64,000 nucleotides of DNA from an uncultured Pelagibacteraceae bacterium (GTDB lineage Bacteria; Pseudomonadota; Alphaproteobacteria; Pelagibacterales; AG-422-B15). Location: positions 71,805-135,804 of the forward strand of contig CABYDZ010000002.1 of the NCBI GenBank assembly GCA_902517885.1, in the 5' to 3' direction. The position numbers were made by a program, and so were the translations under genes. Positions 21,946 through 32,007 of the stretch are shown in pieces (position 1 is the first letter of the stretch; every line of letters starts with the position of its first letter). The notes beneath the pieces were generated by a model that saw only the letters and a list, made by a program, of their open reading frames with translations, was not told the origin of the DNA and ran no database searches.

Positions 21946-23199
21946 ATGAGCGATAACTACGTACCAAAGTCAGCAGTTGGAAAATGGTTTAACGAAAGGT
22001 TACCTTTACTTGACCTAATCTATGGACACTTAATGCCATACCCAACTCCAAAAAATTTAAACTATTTCTGGACGTTCGGTGGAATATTAACTTTTTGCTT
22101 AGTTACGCAGATTATAACTGGGTTAGTGCTTGCTATGCATTATGTTGCAGATGCTGATTTAGCTTTTGCAAGTGTTGAGCACATAATGCGCGATGTAAAC
22201 TATGGTTGGTTACTAAGATATATCCATGCAAATGGCGCATCTCTATTTTTCATGGCTGTCTATATCCACATGGCTAGATCTATGTTCTATGGTTCTTATA
22301 AAGAGCCACGAGAACTTATTTGGATTATAGGTGTATTTATCTTCTTATTAATGATCGCTACTGCATTTATGGGATACGTTTTACCTTGGGGTCAAATGAG
22401 CTTTTGGGGAGCTACCGTGATAACCAATTTATTTAGTGCAATACCGATTGTTGGAGAATCTGTGACTAACTGGTTATGGGGAGGCTATGCTGTTGGCAGT
22501 CCATTACTGACAAGGTTCTTTACATTACATTACTTAATGCCTTTTCTTATCTTTGCATTGGTAATTCTTCATGTTTGGGCTCTTCATGTTCCAGGAAACA
22601 ATAACCCTGAGGGAATCGATGTTGTCAAAGGATCTCAGGATACAGTTCCATTTCATCCACACTACGTAGTAAAGGATTTATTCGCACTTGTTGTATTTTT
22701 AATCATTTTTGCAGGGTTTGTATTTTTCGTGCCAAACCTACTAGGACACACTGACAATTACATTCAAGCCAACCCTCTTCAAACTCCTGAGCATATTGTT
22801 CCAGAGTGGTATTTTTTACCTTTCTATGCAATCTTAAGGGCTGTCCCAGACAAACTTGGTGGGGTAATTCTGATGGTTTCGGCGATAGCTATTCTTGCTT
22901 TCTTGCCATGGTTAGATACGTCAAAAGTAAGATCAGCAAAATATAGACCTCTTTACAAACAATTTGTATGGCTCTTCTTTGCAAACACTATTTTTCTTGG
23001 TTACTTGGGGGCGCAAGTAGCAGACGGCTTATTTTTAATTATGGGAAGAATTGCCACTGTATACTACTTTGCTCACTTTATAGTAATTTTGCCATTGCTG
23101 GGTTACATAGAGAAAACCAAACCGCTTCCAAAAAGCTTAAGTGAACCTGTCTTGACCAAAGAGGAAAAAGAAATGTTAGCCTCAGGAGTAACTACTTAA
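21946..23199 (+). CDS. petB: cytochrome b
   Basis: The protein is polytopic with a [13 protein letters not shown] motif and conserved His pairs. Confidence 0.96.
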   Translation: MSDNYVPKSAVGKWFNERLPLLDLIYGHLMPYPTPKNLNYFWTFGGILTFCLVTQIITGLVLAMHYVADADLAFASVEHIMRDVNYGWLLRYIHANGASLFFMAVYIHMARSMFYGSYKEPRELIWIIGVFIFLLMIATAFMGYVLPWGQMSFWGATVITNLFSAIPIVGESVTNWLWGGYAVGSPLLTRFFTLHYLMPFLIFALVILHVWALHVPGNNNPEGIDVVKGSQDTVPFHPHYVVKDLFALVVFLIIFAGFVFFVPNLLGHTDNYIQANPLQTPEHIVPEWYFLPFYAILRAVPDKLGGVILMVSAIAILAFLPWLDTSKVRSAKYRPLYKQFVWLFFANTIFLGYLGAQVADGLFLIMGRIATVYYFAHFIVILPLLGYIEKTKPLPKSLSEPVLTKEEKEMLASGVTT

Positions 23200-23204
23200 G
23201 TTAA

Positions 23205-23978
23205 ATGCAATATTTACCAAAAATATTAATTTTAACTCTCGTATATTTTGGACTCTCTCAAATAACTATACAGGCAGCAGAAATGAAAGAGCCGATGCAT
23301 CCAGAATGGTCATTTCAAGGACCATTGGGTAAATTTGAGCGAGCATCATTACAAAGAGGTTACCAGGTTTATACTGAAGTATGTTCTGGTTGCCACTCAA
23401 TGGAATTATTGAGTTATAGAAACTTAATGGAAGATGGTGGCCCTGAGTTCTCTGAAGCACAAGTGAAAGCTATGGCAGCTGCATTCGAGGTAAAAGGTGC
23501 TCCAGACGAGTATGGAGACGTAGTTATGCGGCCAGCTATCTTGTCAGATAAATTTGTTAGCCCCTATGAAAATGAACAACAAGGAAGAGCGGCTAATGGT
23601 GGAGCCTATCCTCCAGATCTGTCTGTAATGGTTAAAGCAAGACATGGTGGAGCAGATTATGTTTATTCACTACTGCTTGGATATGAAGATGCCCCTGAGG
23701 GCATGGTACTTGACGATGGTGTCTACTACAATATTTATGCAAAGGGACAAAAGATTGCAATGCCACAATTACTCTCAGCTGATGCTGTTGAGTATAGCGA
23801 TGGGACGGAAGCAACGCCGGAGCAAATGGCTAGAGACGTTACTATGTTTTTGACATGGACAGCAGAGCCTAAATTGGAGGCACGTAAGAGAATCGGTTTT
23901 AAAGTCATAACGTACTTATTAATACTTTCATTCTTGCTTTACTTTACTAATAAGCAAATTTGGAAAGAGTCACACTAG
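23205..23978 (+). CDS. petC: cytochrome c1
   Basis: It has a signal peptide, the heme motif CSGCHS and a C-terminal TM anchor. Confidence 0.93.
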   Translation: MQYLPKILILTLVYFGLSQITIQAAEMKEPMHPEWSFQGPLGKFERASLQRGYQVYTEVCSGCHSMELLSYRNLMEDGGPEFSEAQVKAMAAAFEVKGAPDEYGDVVMRPAILSDKFVSPYENEQQGRAANGGAYPPDLSVMVKARHGGADYVYSLLLGYEDAPEGMVLDDGVYYNIYAKGQKIAMPQLLSADAVEYSDGTEATPEQMARDVTMFLTWTAEPKLEARKRIGFKVITYLLILSFLLYFTNKQIWKESH

Positions 23979-24127
23979 TACAATTATAAATATACTCATT
24001 ATTTCAATAATTTAATTTTTTTCTTTACAGTAATTTGTAAGCATCTTTATCCACAAGCAGATTAAATCTGTCTCAAAACCATTTTTTGATTAATATAGGC
24101 TTTAAGTTAATTAGATGGAGGAACTTA

Positions 24128-25420
24128 ATGTTAGAAAATATTTTTAAATTGAATGAAAATGGTACGAGCGTAAGAACAGAAATTCTTGCTGGGCTCGCTA
24201 CATTTTTAACAATGGCTTATATCATTGTTGTTAACCCAGCAATTTTATCAACTGATGGTACAGGCATGGATTTTGGTGGAGTATTTGTTGCAACCATAAT
24301 CGCAGCTGTTGTTGGCTGTCTGGTTATGGGATTATGGGCTAATTGGCCAATAGCACTTGCGCCAGGAATGGGACTAAATGCATTCTTTGCTTTCGGCGTT
24401 GTATTTGGGATGGGGTACACCTACCAGCAAGCACTTGCTGCAGTATTTGTTGCAGGTATTGCATTCTTAATATTATCTATAACACCTGCTCGTCAGTGGA
24501 TTATTAATAGTATACCCGTTAGCATGAAATTTGGAGTGGGAGCTGGAATTGGATTATTCCTTGCTATCATCGGCCTAAAGAATGCAGGAATAGTTGTTGA
24601 CAGCCCAGCTACTCTAGTGACGCTTGGTGATGTTGCATCGATGCCTGTTATGTTAGCTGCTGTTGGTTTTGGAATAATGGCAGTATTAGATAAAAGAGGA
24701 ATACCCGGTTCAATAATCATTGGTATTTTGGCAGTCAGTCTTATTGCATGGATCACAGGCGTGAGTGCAATTGACGGTGTAGTTGGATCTGTGCCACCGG
24801 CTGTGCATGCTTTCTCAATGGATTTTAGTTTATTAGCAACAGCTGGATTTATTGGTGTTGCCTTTGCGTTTCTTTTTGTCGATTTTTTTGATACCGCAGG
24901 AACACTAACTTCCGTAGCCAATCTAACTGGTAAAGTTGATAAAGATGGAAATGTTGATGGTATTGGTAAAGCTGTCTTAGCAGACTCTGCGGCAACGACA
25001 GTTGGCGCTTTAGTGGGAACATCAAATACAACTTCTTACATTGAATCAGGAGCAGGAATAAAAGAGGGTGGCAAAACTGGACTAACAGCTGTAACTGTTG
25101 CAGTTTTATTTGCTATTTGTTTATTTTTAGCACCACTGGCTCAAAGTATTCCTGCATTTGCTACAGCTCCTGCATTAGTATTTGTTGCAACTTTCTTCCT
25201 TAGAAACTTGAAGGATATCGAATGGGATGATGTTACAGAATATGCACCAGCAGTGCTAGCTGCGATCTTAATGCCATTAACTTTCAGTATAGCTCATGGA
25301 ATAGCATTAGGTTTTATTGCTTATGTGATAATAAAAGCCTTAAGTGGCAGACAATCTGATCTTAATGCTGGATCAATTGTAATAGGAGCACTTTCGTTCT
25401 TATACTATATCTTCTTGTAA
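24128..25420 (+). CDS. NCS2/AzgA-family purine (adenine/guanine/hypoxanthine) permease
   Basis: This polytopic protein has an N-terminal segment (GTSVRTEILAGLATFLTMAYIIVVNP) typical of AzgA-type purine permeases. I chose the ATG at 24128 because a GGAGG SD precedes it. The ORF track begins at a TTG at 24086. Confidence 0.85.
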   Translation: MLENIFKLNENGTSVRTEILAGLATFLTMAYIIVVNPAILSTDGTGMDFGGVFVATIIAAVVGCLVMGLWANWPIALAPGMGLNAFFAFGVVFGMGYTYQQALAAVFVAGIAFLILSITPARQWIINSIPVSMKFGVGAGIGLFLAIIGLKNAGIVVDSPATLVTLGDVASMPVMLAAVGFGIMAVLDKRGIPGSIIIGILAVSLIAWITGVSAIDGVVGSVPPAVHAFSMDFSLLATAGFIGVAFAFLFVDFFDTAGTLTSVANLTGKVDKDGNVDGIGKAVLADSAATTVGALVGTSNTTSYIESGAGIKEGGKTGLTAVTVAVLFAICLFLAPLAQSIPAFATAPALVFVATFFLRNLKDIEWDDVTEYAPAVLAAILMPLTFSIAHGIALGFIAYVIIKALSGRQSDLNAGSIVIGALSFLYYIFL

Positions 25421-25423
25421 GAT

Positions 25424-25870
25424 TTAATGATTGGCTTTGTCTTCCTCGTCCCAGGGGAAGACAGGCCAGGTATCTTGAGTTATTTCTTCAACATACGTAC
25501 TAGCCAACGGCAACCCTCTCGGTTTAGCATAAATCACAGCTAAATGCATATTAGGCATATATTCTTTAAGAGCTTTTGCTGTTCCACCTTTATCTACAAT
25601 ATCGTCAATCACGAGGACTATTTCGTCGGTTTTTGGAGCGCGGTGAACAATGGCCTTCCCAGCCTCCCGATGAATATAGCTTTGTATGGATACGATATCT
25701 ACGTCCTGTATTCCTAGAGTGTAAGCAACAACAGCAGCAGGCACAAAACCTCCCCTTGAGACAACAACCATTTTATCAAAATCTATATTTTTACTTTTGA
25801 TTAAGTGTCCAAGCTTTACGGCTTTTTCATGCATTTCCTCATAAGTCGGGAATACTAATTTATGTTCCAT
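25424..25870 (-). CDS. gpt: xanthine-guanine phosphoribosyltransferase
   Basis: This 148-aa type I PRTase has the PRPP loop VLVIDDIVDKGGTA. Confidence 0.85.
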   Translation of the reverse strand: MEHKLVFPTYEEMHEKAVKLGHLIKSKNIDFDKMVVVSRGGFVPAAVVAYTLGIQDVDIVSIQSYIHREAGKAIVHRAPKTDEIVLVIDDIVDKGGTAKALKEYMPNMHLAVIYAKPRGLPLASTYVEEITQDTWPVFPWDEEDKANH

Positions 25871-25872
25871 AT

Positions 25873-26961
25873 CTAATTATTAAATAAAAAATGCATTACG
25901 TCACCATCTTGTACAGTATATTCTTTACCTTCGCTACGCATCTTTCCTTGTTCCTTCGCTTTTATTTCACCCACACAGGCAATGTAATCATTATATGCAA
26001 TAGTTTCAGCTCGTATAAAGCCTTTTTCAAAATCAGTATGAATCTTTCCTGCAGCCTGAGGTGCAGTTGTACCCAATTCTATGGTCCACGCTCTTGTTTC
26101 TTGCTCACCCGCTGTAAAATAAGTAATCAAGTTAAGTGTTTTGTAGCCACTGCGGATAATTTTATTCAAACCCGATTCTTCTAAACCTAAGCTTTGTACG
26201 TACTCCTTTTGATCCTCATCACTTAATGAAGAAATCTGGGACTCTATTTCTGCAGAGATAAGAATAATTTCATTGTTAAAACTATTTTTAATTTGTTCCG
26301 TGAATTCATTCCCACCAATAATTGACTCTTCATTGACATTACAGACATAGATTGTTGGTTTAAACGTAATTAAATTAAATTCCGACGAATTTGATTTTAT
26401 CTCAGCTAAATTTTCAATTGTAATTGCGTGTTCGCCTTTTCCAAGATGGATTAGCAACTTTTCAGCTACTGAGATCTTTATTTTTGCATCTTTATCACCC
26501 TTTTTAGCTTGTTTTTCGAGACCAGATTTTAATTTTTCTAGTAGTTCAATATCAGATAAAACTAATTCAGTATTAATTGTCTCAATATCGTCCAAGGGAT
26601 CAATTTTATTGCTTACGTGAGTTATATTGTCATCTTCAAAGCACCTAACCACGTGTATGATTGCATCGACCTCCCTTATATGTGATAAGAATTTATTCCC
26701 TAATCCTTCTCCCTTTGATGCACCTTTAACTAGTCCAGCTATATCAAAAAATGTCAGTGAGGTAGGTATAGTTTTTTTAGATTTTGCTATTTCTGTCAAA
26801 GTATTAACTCTCTCATCAGGAACGATTACGGTTCCTTCATTTGGTTCTATTGTACAAAAAGGATAGTTGGCGGCTTCAGCTGAAATTTTCTTGGTAAGAG
26901 CATTAAATAATGTCGATTTTCCAACATTAGGTAGGCCAACAATTCCGCATTTAAATCCCAT
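25873..26961 (-). CDS. ychF: redox-regulated ATPase YchF
   Basis: It has a G1 motif (GLPNVGKST), is 362 aa long, and has the C-terminal TGS-like tail GDVMHFLFN. Confidence 0.95.
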   Translation of the reverse strand: MGFKCGIVGLPNVGKSTLFNALTKKISAEAANYPFCTIEPNEGTVIVPDERVNTLTEIAKSKKTIPTSLTFFDIAGLVKGASKGEGLGNKFLSHIREVDAIIHVVRCFEDDNITHVSNKIDPLDDIETINTELVLSDIELLEKLKSGLEKQAKKGDKDAKIKISVAEKLLIHLGKGEHAITIENLAEIKSNSSEFNLITFKPTIYVCNVNEESIIGGNEFTEQIKNSFNNEIILISAEIESQISSLSDEDQKEYVQSLGLEESGLNKIIRSGYKTLNLITYFTAGEQETRAWTIELGTTAPQAAGKIHTDFEKGFIRAETIAYNDYIACVGEIKAKEQGKMRSEGKEYTVQDGDVMHFLFNN

Positions 26962-26962
26962 A

Positions 26963-27520
26963 TTATAATTTAATGTTATTTAAGAATTGAGATTTATTCT
27001 CTGATATCAGTAATTTTAAGTGCGATGAAATACTGATCTTTAATTGGTCAACAATTTCCAACTCCTTTTTTTTAAAGTTGCCTAGTACATGCCTGTTAAC
27101 CAATTCACGGCTCCCTGGGTGATCAATTCCAACCCTTACTCTGTTATAATTTTTGCCTATACATGAGTCTATTGATTTTAATCCATTATGACCAGCTGGT
27201 GAGCCACCATTTTTTATTTTTACTTTTCCAAGAGAAATATCAAGGTCATCATGAAAGACATAAACTGAGTCTAGACCAAGTTTGTAAAAATTAATGAGTT
27301 TTGCAATACTGCCACCACATTCATTCATGTAATCGCATGACTTAAATGTGACTATTTTTTTTCTTCCGATTGAAAAAGTTGTTAAATCACCGTTGAATTT
27401 TTTTTCACTCTTAATAATTTCATTATTATCAATGAGTTCATCAATAACTATGAATCCTATATTATGCCTATTTAAGGAATGTTTTTGACCGGGGTTTCCT
27501 AAACCAATAAGAGCAATCAT
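26963..27520 (-). CDS. pth: peptidyl-tRNA hydrolase
   Basis: The N-terminal motif GLGNPG....NRHNIGF is present. Confidence 0.95.
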   Translation of the reverse strand: MIALIGLGNPGQKHSLNRHNIGFIVIDELIDNNEIIKSEKKFNGDLTTFSIGRKKIVTFKSCDYMNECGGSIAKLINFYKLGLDSVYVFHDDLDISLGKVKIKNGGSPAGHNGLKSIDSCIGKNYNRVRVGIDHPGSRELVNRHVLGNFKKKELEIVDQLKISISSHLKLLISENKSQFLNNIKL

Positions 27521-27565
27521 ACGTTTAAGAATATAGAAATTATGTACTAGTTGAAAGGTAAAGTA

Positions 27566-28252
27566 TTAATCTTTATTTTCTTCTTTTTTAGCATCATCTG
27601 TTGATGCCTCTTTAGCATCATCCGAAGTCTCCGCTCCCTCTGCTGCTGCTTCTTCACCTTCTACAGGAGCTTCAGGTTCTTTGACAACAGTTGGCGCGGC
27701 AACTGATGCTACAGTAAAGTCACGATCACTAATTGTAGGAGTGATGTCACTTGATAGATTGGCGGCAGATATCCTGATGGTATCACCAATTTCTAGACCA
27801 TCTAAATCAAATACAATTTCTTCAGGAATATTATTTGCTGGGCAACTAAGTTGCACAGTTCTTCTGTTCACATTAAGTACTCCACCACGTTTAAGGCCGG
27901 GAGATGACTCTTCATTGATAAATCTAGTTGGTATATCCAGGGTGATTTTTGAATCTTCTGCCAATCTCAAAAAGTCCACATGAATTGGTTGATCTGAAAG
28001 AGGATCAAATTGTACATCTCTCGGGATTGCGAGACTTTTCTTACCTGCAATATTTAAAGAAATGATTCTTGTCAGAAACCCTCCAGAATTAATTTCCTTT
28101 TGAACAGATATTTTATCAAGGGCAATATTAAGAGAATCTTCACCTAACCCATAGATTACTGATGGAATTTTACCAGCAGCAAGGACTTTTTTTACTGCTG
28201 ATTTTCCAGATTCAGCTCTTATCTCAGCATCTAAATTTGTTTCTTTTGACAT
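27566..28252 (-). CDS. rplY: 50S ribosomal protein L25/Ctc
   Basis: It has an L25 N-terminal domain (PSVIYG) plus a Ctc-type C-terminal domain and an acidic tail. It sits in the conserved prs-rplY-pth-ychF cluster. Confidence 0.92.
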   Translation of the reverse strand: MSKETNLDAEIRAESGKSAVKKVLAAGKIPSVIYGLGEDSLNIALDKISVQKEINSGGFLTRIISLNIAGKKSLAIPRDVQFDPLSDQPIHVDFLRLAEDSKITLDIPTRFINEESSPGLKRGGVLNVNRRTVQLSCPANNIPEEIVFDLDGLEIGDTIRISAANLSSDITPTISDRDFTVASVAAPTVVKEPEAPVEGEEAAAEGAETSDDAKEASTDDAKKEENKD

Positions 28253-28303
28253 AATTGTGTTGTGGTAATTAGATTAAATTTGCTTATATGGCAAGCATAT
28301 TAA

Positions 28304-29238
28304 TCAAAAATCAAACAGGCTGGATACCGAGCTTTCTTCAGAAATTCTTTTAATCGCTTCACCCAATAGATTGGAAATATCAATAGATCGTATTTTGTTA
28401 CCATTATTTAATATATCCTGATTATTAATAGAATTGGTAATTACCAATTCAGTTAATTTTGAATTATTTATTCTCTCGAGCGCTTTTCCTGTAAGTACGC
28501 CATGTGTTACATAGGATGTTATACTATTAGCTCCAAGATCCATTATCCTATTAGCTGCATTAGAAATCGTTCCAGCAGAGTCAATTATATCGTCTAAAAT
28601 AATACAGTCTTTTCCTTTTACATCTCCAATGATATTCATAACTTCACTCTCACCGGGTTTAGATCGCCTTTTATCAACAATGGCTATTGAAGCACCGATT
28701 TTGTTTGCTATGGCTCTAGCTCTTACTACACCACCAATATCAGGCGAAACCGCAACTAAGTTTCCAATATCATATTTTTCTTTTATATCTTTTGAAAAAA
28801 CTGGTCCTGCAAAAAGATTATCAGTAGGGATATCAAAGAAACCTTGTATCTGTTCAGCATGTAAATCTAATGTTAAAACTCTATCAGCTCCAGCAGTTGT
28901 TATTAAGTTAGCAACTAATTTTGCAGATATTGGTGTTCTAGGGCCGGGCTTTCTATCTTGTCGTGCATAACCATAATAAGGAATTACAGCAGTAATTCTT
29001 TTTGCAGATGCTCTTTTAGAGCATCCATAATAACTAGTAGCTCCATAAGATTATCGTTAGCAGGGTGGGATAAAGATTCTATAACAAATACATCCTCACC
29101 TCGTATGTTTTCTTTAATTTCAACGTAAACTTCATCGTCGGCAAACCTGTGTATGGAAGCGTTCGTTAAGTTCTCACCAAGATAATCAGAAACACTTTTA
29201 GAAAGAGGTAAATTACTATTTCCCGCAATGATTCTCAT
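28304..29238 (-). pseudogene. prs: ribose-phosphate pyrophosphokinase, interrupted by a 1-nt frameshift (may be a sequencing error)
   Basis: The N-terminal 75 aa (to ...[12 protein letters not shown]) are in one frame. The rest, [37 protein letters not shown]...[10 protein letters not shown]...[11 protein letters not shown], is in the -1 frame. The switch occurs at an A4 run on the minus strand (plus-strand 29014-29017). An A5 run there would restore a roughly 310-aa PRS. Confidence 0.88.
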
Positions 29239-29996
29239 GAATGAACTCCTTTTATAGTAATTGTTGAAATCATTCTACCATAATCATCCTCTTTTTTATG
29301 AAGTGACCGCCTGTAGCTGAAACAAAGGTGTTCGTCTTTGTAAGTATCAATGTTGACAGTGTCTATGTTTCCAACGCCTTGCTCTTCAAGCTTTAATCTA
29401 ATGAATTTTTTTAGGGAAAACTGATATTTATCCTTATTGATTTCGATAAAAAATTGTCTATTTCTTATCGACTTGTCTACAAATATTTTGAAAAAGTCTG
29501 ATTTCACTTCATATGAGTTTTGTCCAATACATGGCCCAATTGAACAATTTATATTGTTAATGTTTGCACCAAGGAGCTTCATACTTGATAGAGTATTTTC
29601 AATAATACCGTTCAGGGCTCCTTTCCAACCTGCATGACAAGCTCCAATAATTGATTTTTTTTGGTCAAAAAATAAGAGCGGAGCACAATCGGCTGTCAGA
29701 ACTGACAATATTATATTCTGATGTTTTGTTACTATACCGTCACACTTATATTCTGTTTGCTGTAATTTAGGCTCAACTATTTTGCATATGTTTGAATGTG
29801 TTTGGTGCATTGTAATCAACTTAGACCTTGGAAGATTGAAATACTTATGAATTATCTTTAAATTATCTTCTACCAATAGAGGATTATCATTTGATCCTTT
29901 ACCACAATTTAGTGATGAATATTTTTTTTTACTAAAGCCACCAATTCTTGAAAAAAAACAGTGATCAACGTCGCTTAAATTTTTTGAAAAAAACAT
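29235..29996 (-). CDS. pgeF: YfiH/PgeF (DUF152) purine nucleoside phosphorylase / laccase-domain protein
   Basis: The motifs HQTHS, TADCAP and HAGWKG are present. Confidence 0.88.
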   Translation of the reverse strand: MFFSKNLSDVDHCFFSRIGGFSKKKYSSLNCGKGSNDNPLLVEDNLKIIHKYFNLPRSKLITMHQTHSNICKIVEPKLQQTEYKCDGIVTKHQNIILSVLTADCAPLLFFDQKKSIIGACHAGWKGALNGIIENTLSSMKLLGANINNINCSIGPCIGQNSYEVKSDFFKIFVDKSIRNRQFFIEINKDKYQFSLKKFIRLKLEEQGVGNIDTVNIDTYKDEHLCFSYRRSLHKKEDDYGRMISTITIKGVHS

Positions 29997-31025
29997 TTAA
30001 ATTTCCACTTCCAATACTTTGAAAAGACTTCCCATATGTTCATCATTAATTAATCGATTTAACTGTATTTTTATTTCCTCAGCTTTAGCTGGGTTTTGTT
30101 CGCACAATTGATTTGCTCTTTCCTCAATGCCGTTCAATTTCAAAAAAGCTGATTGAGTGACAAATTTATACTCTAAAATCTTTTTATTTTTTAAGATACT
30201 TATCAAGCAATCAAAATTCACAAGGTAAGTAATGTCTTGTTTTCCAATATCATTTAATACATCAGTTTTTTTATGATTTTTAATTGACTGGATAGTGCTT
30301 TTTAAAGGATGTTTTGCGTAGCCGTAGTCAATTAATAGAAGATGTCCTTTATTTTTTTCTAAAAAGTTGATGATTTTACTAAATACCTCAATTGTTTGTG
30401 GAGAGTATTCAAAGATTTGATTATTTTTTAAATCACATCTAGATTTTACATATATTTCACTTTCACTTCTTGCAATTTCAATATCAAATTCAAAATCTCC
30501 ATCCAATGATTTTTTTACGACTGTCTCGTAATATGTGTTGCCTCTTTTTTTCAACTGTCTTAAGGGAAGCGCATCTACAAATTCATTTGCGATAAAAAAA
30601 GAATATCGATCAGGATAATCACCAATTACTGAATGAATTTTACATTTTGGAAATTGTGATTTTAGATTTTCGATAAAATTTTTATTAATTTCATTGAAGT
30701 GAAGTGAAATATTTATTTCAGGAGATAAATGTTTATTTAATACCCTTAAAATATCATTAATGAGAGTTCCCCTTCCAGGGCCTAATTCTATTAAATTAAA
30801 GTGTTTGATATTATTTTTATTTATAACCTGAAGAATCTTGATTGCTATTGCTTCGCCAAACATTTGCGATATCTCAGGAGCAGTTATAAAATCTCCTTTT
30901 TTACCAATAATCTCTTCAGAGACATAATATCCATGATCTTTATCACCATGCACTAGTTTAATAAACTCATCTAAATATATGTATGGGTTTTCGTTAAGAT
31001 ATTTTAGCAACTTTTCTTTAATCAT
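29997..31025 (-). CDS. DUF185 (NDUFAF7/MidA-like) SAM-dependent methyltransferase
   Basis: It has the GDFITAPEISQMFGE and LIELGPGRGTL motifs. It lies between lgt and pgeF, as in other Alphaproteobacteria. Confidence 0.8.
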   Translation of the reverse strand: MIKEKLLKYLNENPYIYLDEFIKLVHGDKDHGYYVSEEIIGKKGDFITAPEISQMFGEAIAIKILQVINKNNIKHFNLIELGPGRGTLINDILRVLNKHLSPEINISLHFNEINKNFIENLKSQFPKCKIHSVIGDYPDRYSFFIANEFVDALPLRQLKKRGNTYYETVVKKSLDGDFEFDIEIARSESEIYVKSRCDLKNNQIFEYSPQTIEVFSKIINFLEKNKGHLLLIDYGYAKHPLKSTIQSIKNHKKTDVLNDIGKQDITYLVNFDCLISILKNKKILEYKFVTQSAFLKLNGIEERANQLCEQNPAKAEEIKIQLNRLINDEHMGSLFKVLEVEI

Positions 31026-31825
31026 TTTTTATTTGCTAAAAGTAAGATGCTCAATCCAGCTATAATCATTGGTATTGAAAGCAACATTCCCATGGTAAAA
31101 AAGTTAGCAATATACCCAACTTGTACATCGGGCTCACGGGTGAACTCAACAGAATATCTAAATACTCCATATAACAAGAGAAAGGCTCCAGAAACAAACC
31201 CGGGAGACTTGAGTTTATAATACCTAAAAATTAGAATATTTAAGATGATGAACAGCAATAGGCCTTCCAAGAATGCTTCATAGAGCTGACTGGGATGTCT
31301 AAATTGGTCATCTGCATTTGGAAAGATCATGCCAAACAAGAAATTTGCAGGCCGTCCATAAAGTTCACCATTAATAAAATTTGCTATTCGCCCAAAGAAT
31401 ATGCCAACAGGAGCAGAAACACATATTAAGTCACTAACTTCAAAAAAAGAGCACTTAAAGTTTCTTGAAACAAGCAAAGCTGCAATTATGATGCCTATCA
31501 ATCCACCATGAAATGACAGTCCTCCTTGCCATAGGTAGAATATTTCTACAACGTTATCGCTATAGTATGGAAAATTATAAAATAATACGTATCCAATTCT
31601 AGCTCCAATTATGAGACCTAAAATTGAATAGAATACTAAGTCATCAACTAATTTTTCATTTATATTAGCTTTAACGTCATATATTTTTTTGTTAGAAGAC
31701 AAGTATTTGATGTATCGCCAAGCAAATATAAAACCCACGATGTACGCTAATGAGTACCATCTAATTTCAAGTGGACCTATTGAGAAAAAAATTGGACTAA
31801 TAGATGGAAAACTAAGATAAATCAC
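31022..31825 (-). CDS. lgt: prolipoprotein diacylglyceryl transferase
   Basis: The protein is polytopic with the HGGLIG and FGRIANFINGELYGRP motifs. Confidence 0.95.
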   Translation of the reverse strand: MIYLSFPSISPIFFSIGPLEIRWYSLAYIVGFIFAWRYIKYLSSNKKIYDVKANINEKLVDDLVFYSILGLIIGARIGYVLFYNFPYYSDNVVEIFYLWQGGLSFHGGLIGIIIAALLVSRNFKCSFFEVSDLICVSAPVGIFFGRIANFINGELYGRPANFLFGMIFPNADDQFRHPSQLYEAFLEGLLLFIILNILIFRYYKLKSPGFVSGAFLLLYGVFRYSVEFTREPDVQVGYIANFFTMGMLLSIPMIIAGLSILLLANKK

Positions 31826-32007
31826 GCTATTTTAAATTTGATATAAGAATAACCTAACACCATTTATGTATAGTAGAAATAAAATATTAAATAAAGTTAC
31901 AGACATCTGTATAAGTTTATATGAGATCTCTTTATCTTTTAAAGATGAGATCAAAACAATGAATAAATTTAAAGAAGATAGAAAAAATACATCAGCTCAA
32001 AAGTCAA

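Noticed and set aside
23979-24127. Possible purine riboswitch in the 149-nt leader of the purine permease
   Set aside because: I could not find the conserved purine-riboswitch junction and loop sequences (the UAUAAU junction and the P2/P3 loop-loop motifs) or any other riboswitch core I recognise. Only a weak SD-enclosing hairpin is present, and that is reported separately at low interest.
24493-24921. A 142-aa minus-strand ORF inside the purine permease gene
   Set aside because: It is antisense to a locally GC-richer membrane-protein gene, where stop codons are rare by composition. The permease frame has clear family features and this one has none.
28629-28970. A 113-aa plus-strand ORF between the two prs fragments
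   Set aside because: The opposite strand here encodes the perfectly conserved central part of PRPP synthetase in a frame that simply lacks a start codon. The plus-strand ORF is an artefact of the prs frameshift.
29005-29025. Programmed -1 ribosomal frameshift as the explanation for the prs frame change
   Set aside because: The site (CUA AAA G) is not a canonical X XXY YYZ slippery heptamer. I see no downstream stem-loop or pseudoknot, and no programmed frameshift is known for prs. A homopolymer indel, whether sequencing error or mutation, is the simpler reading.
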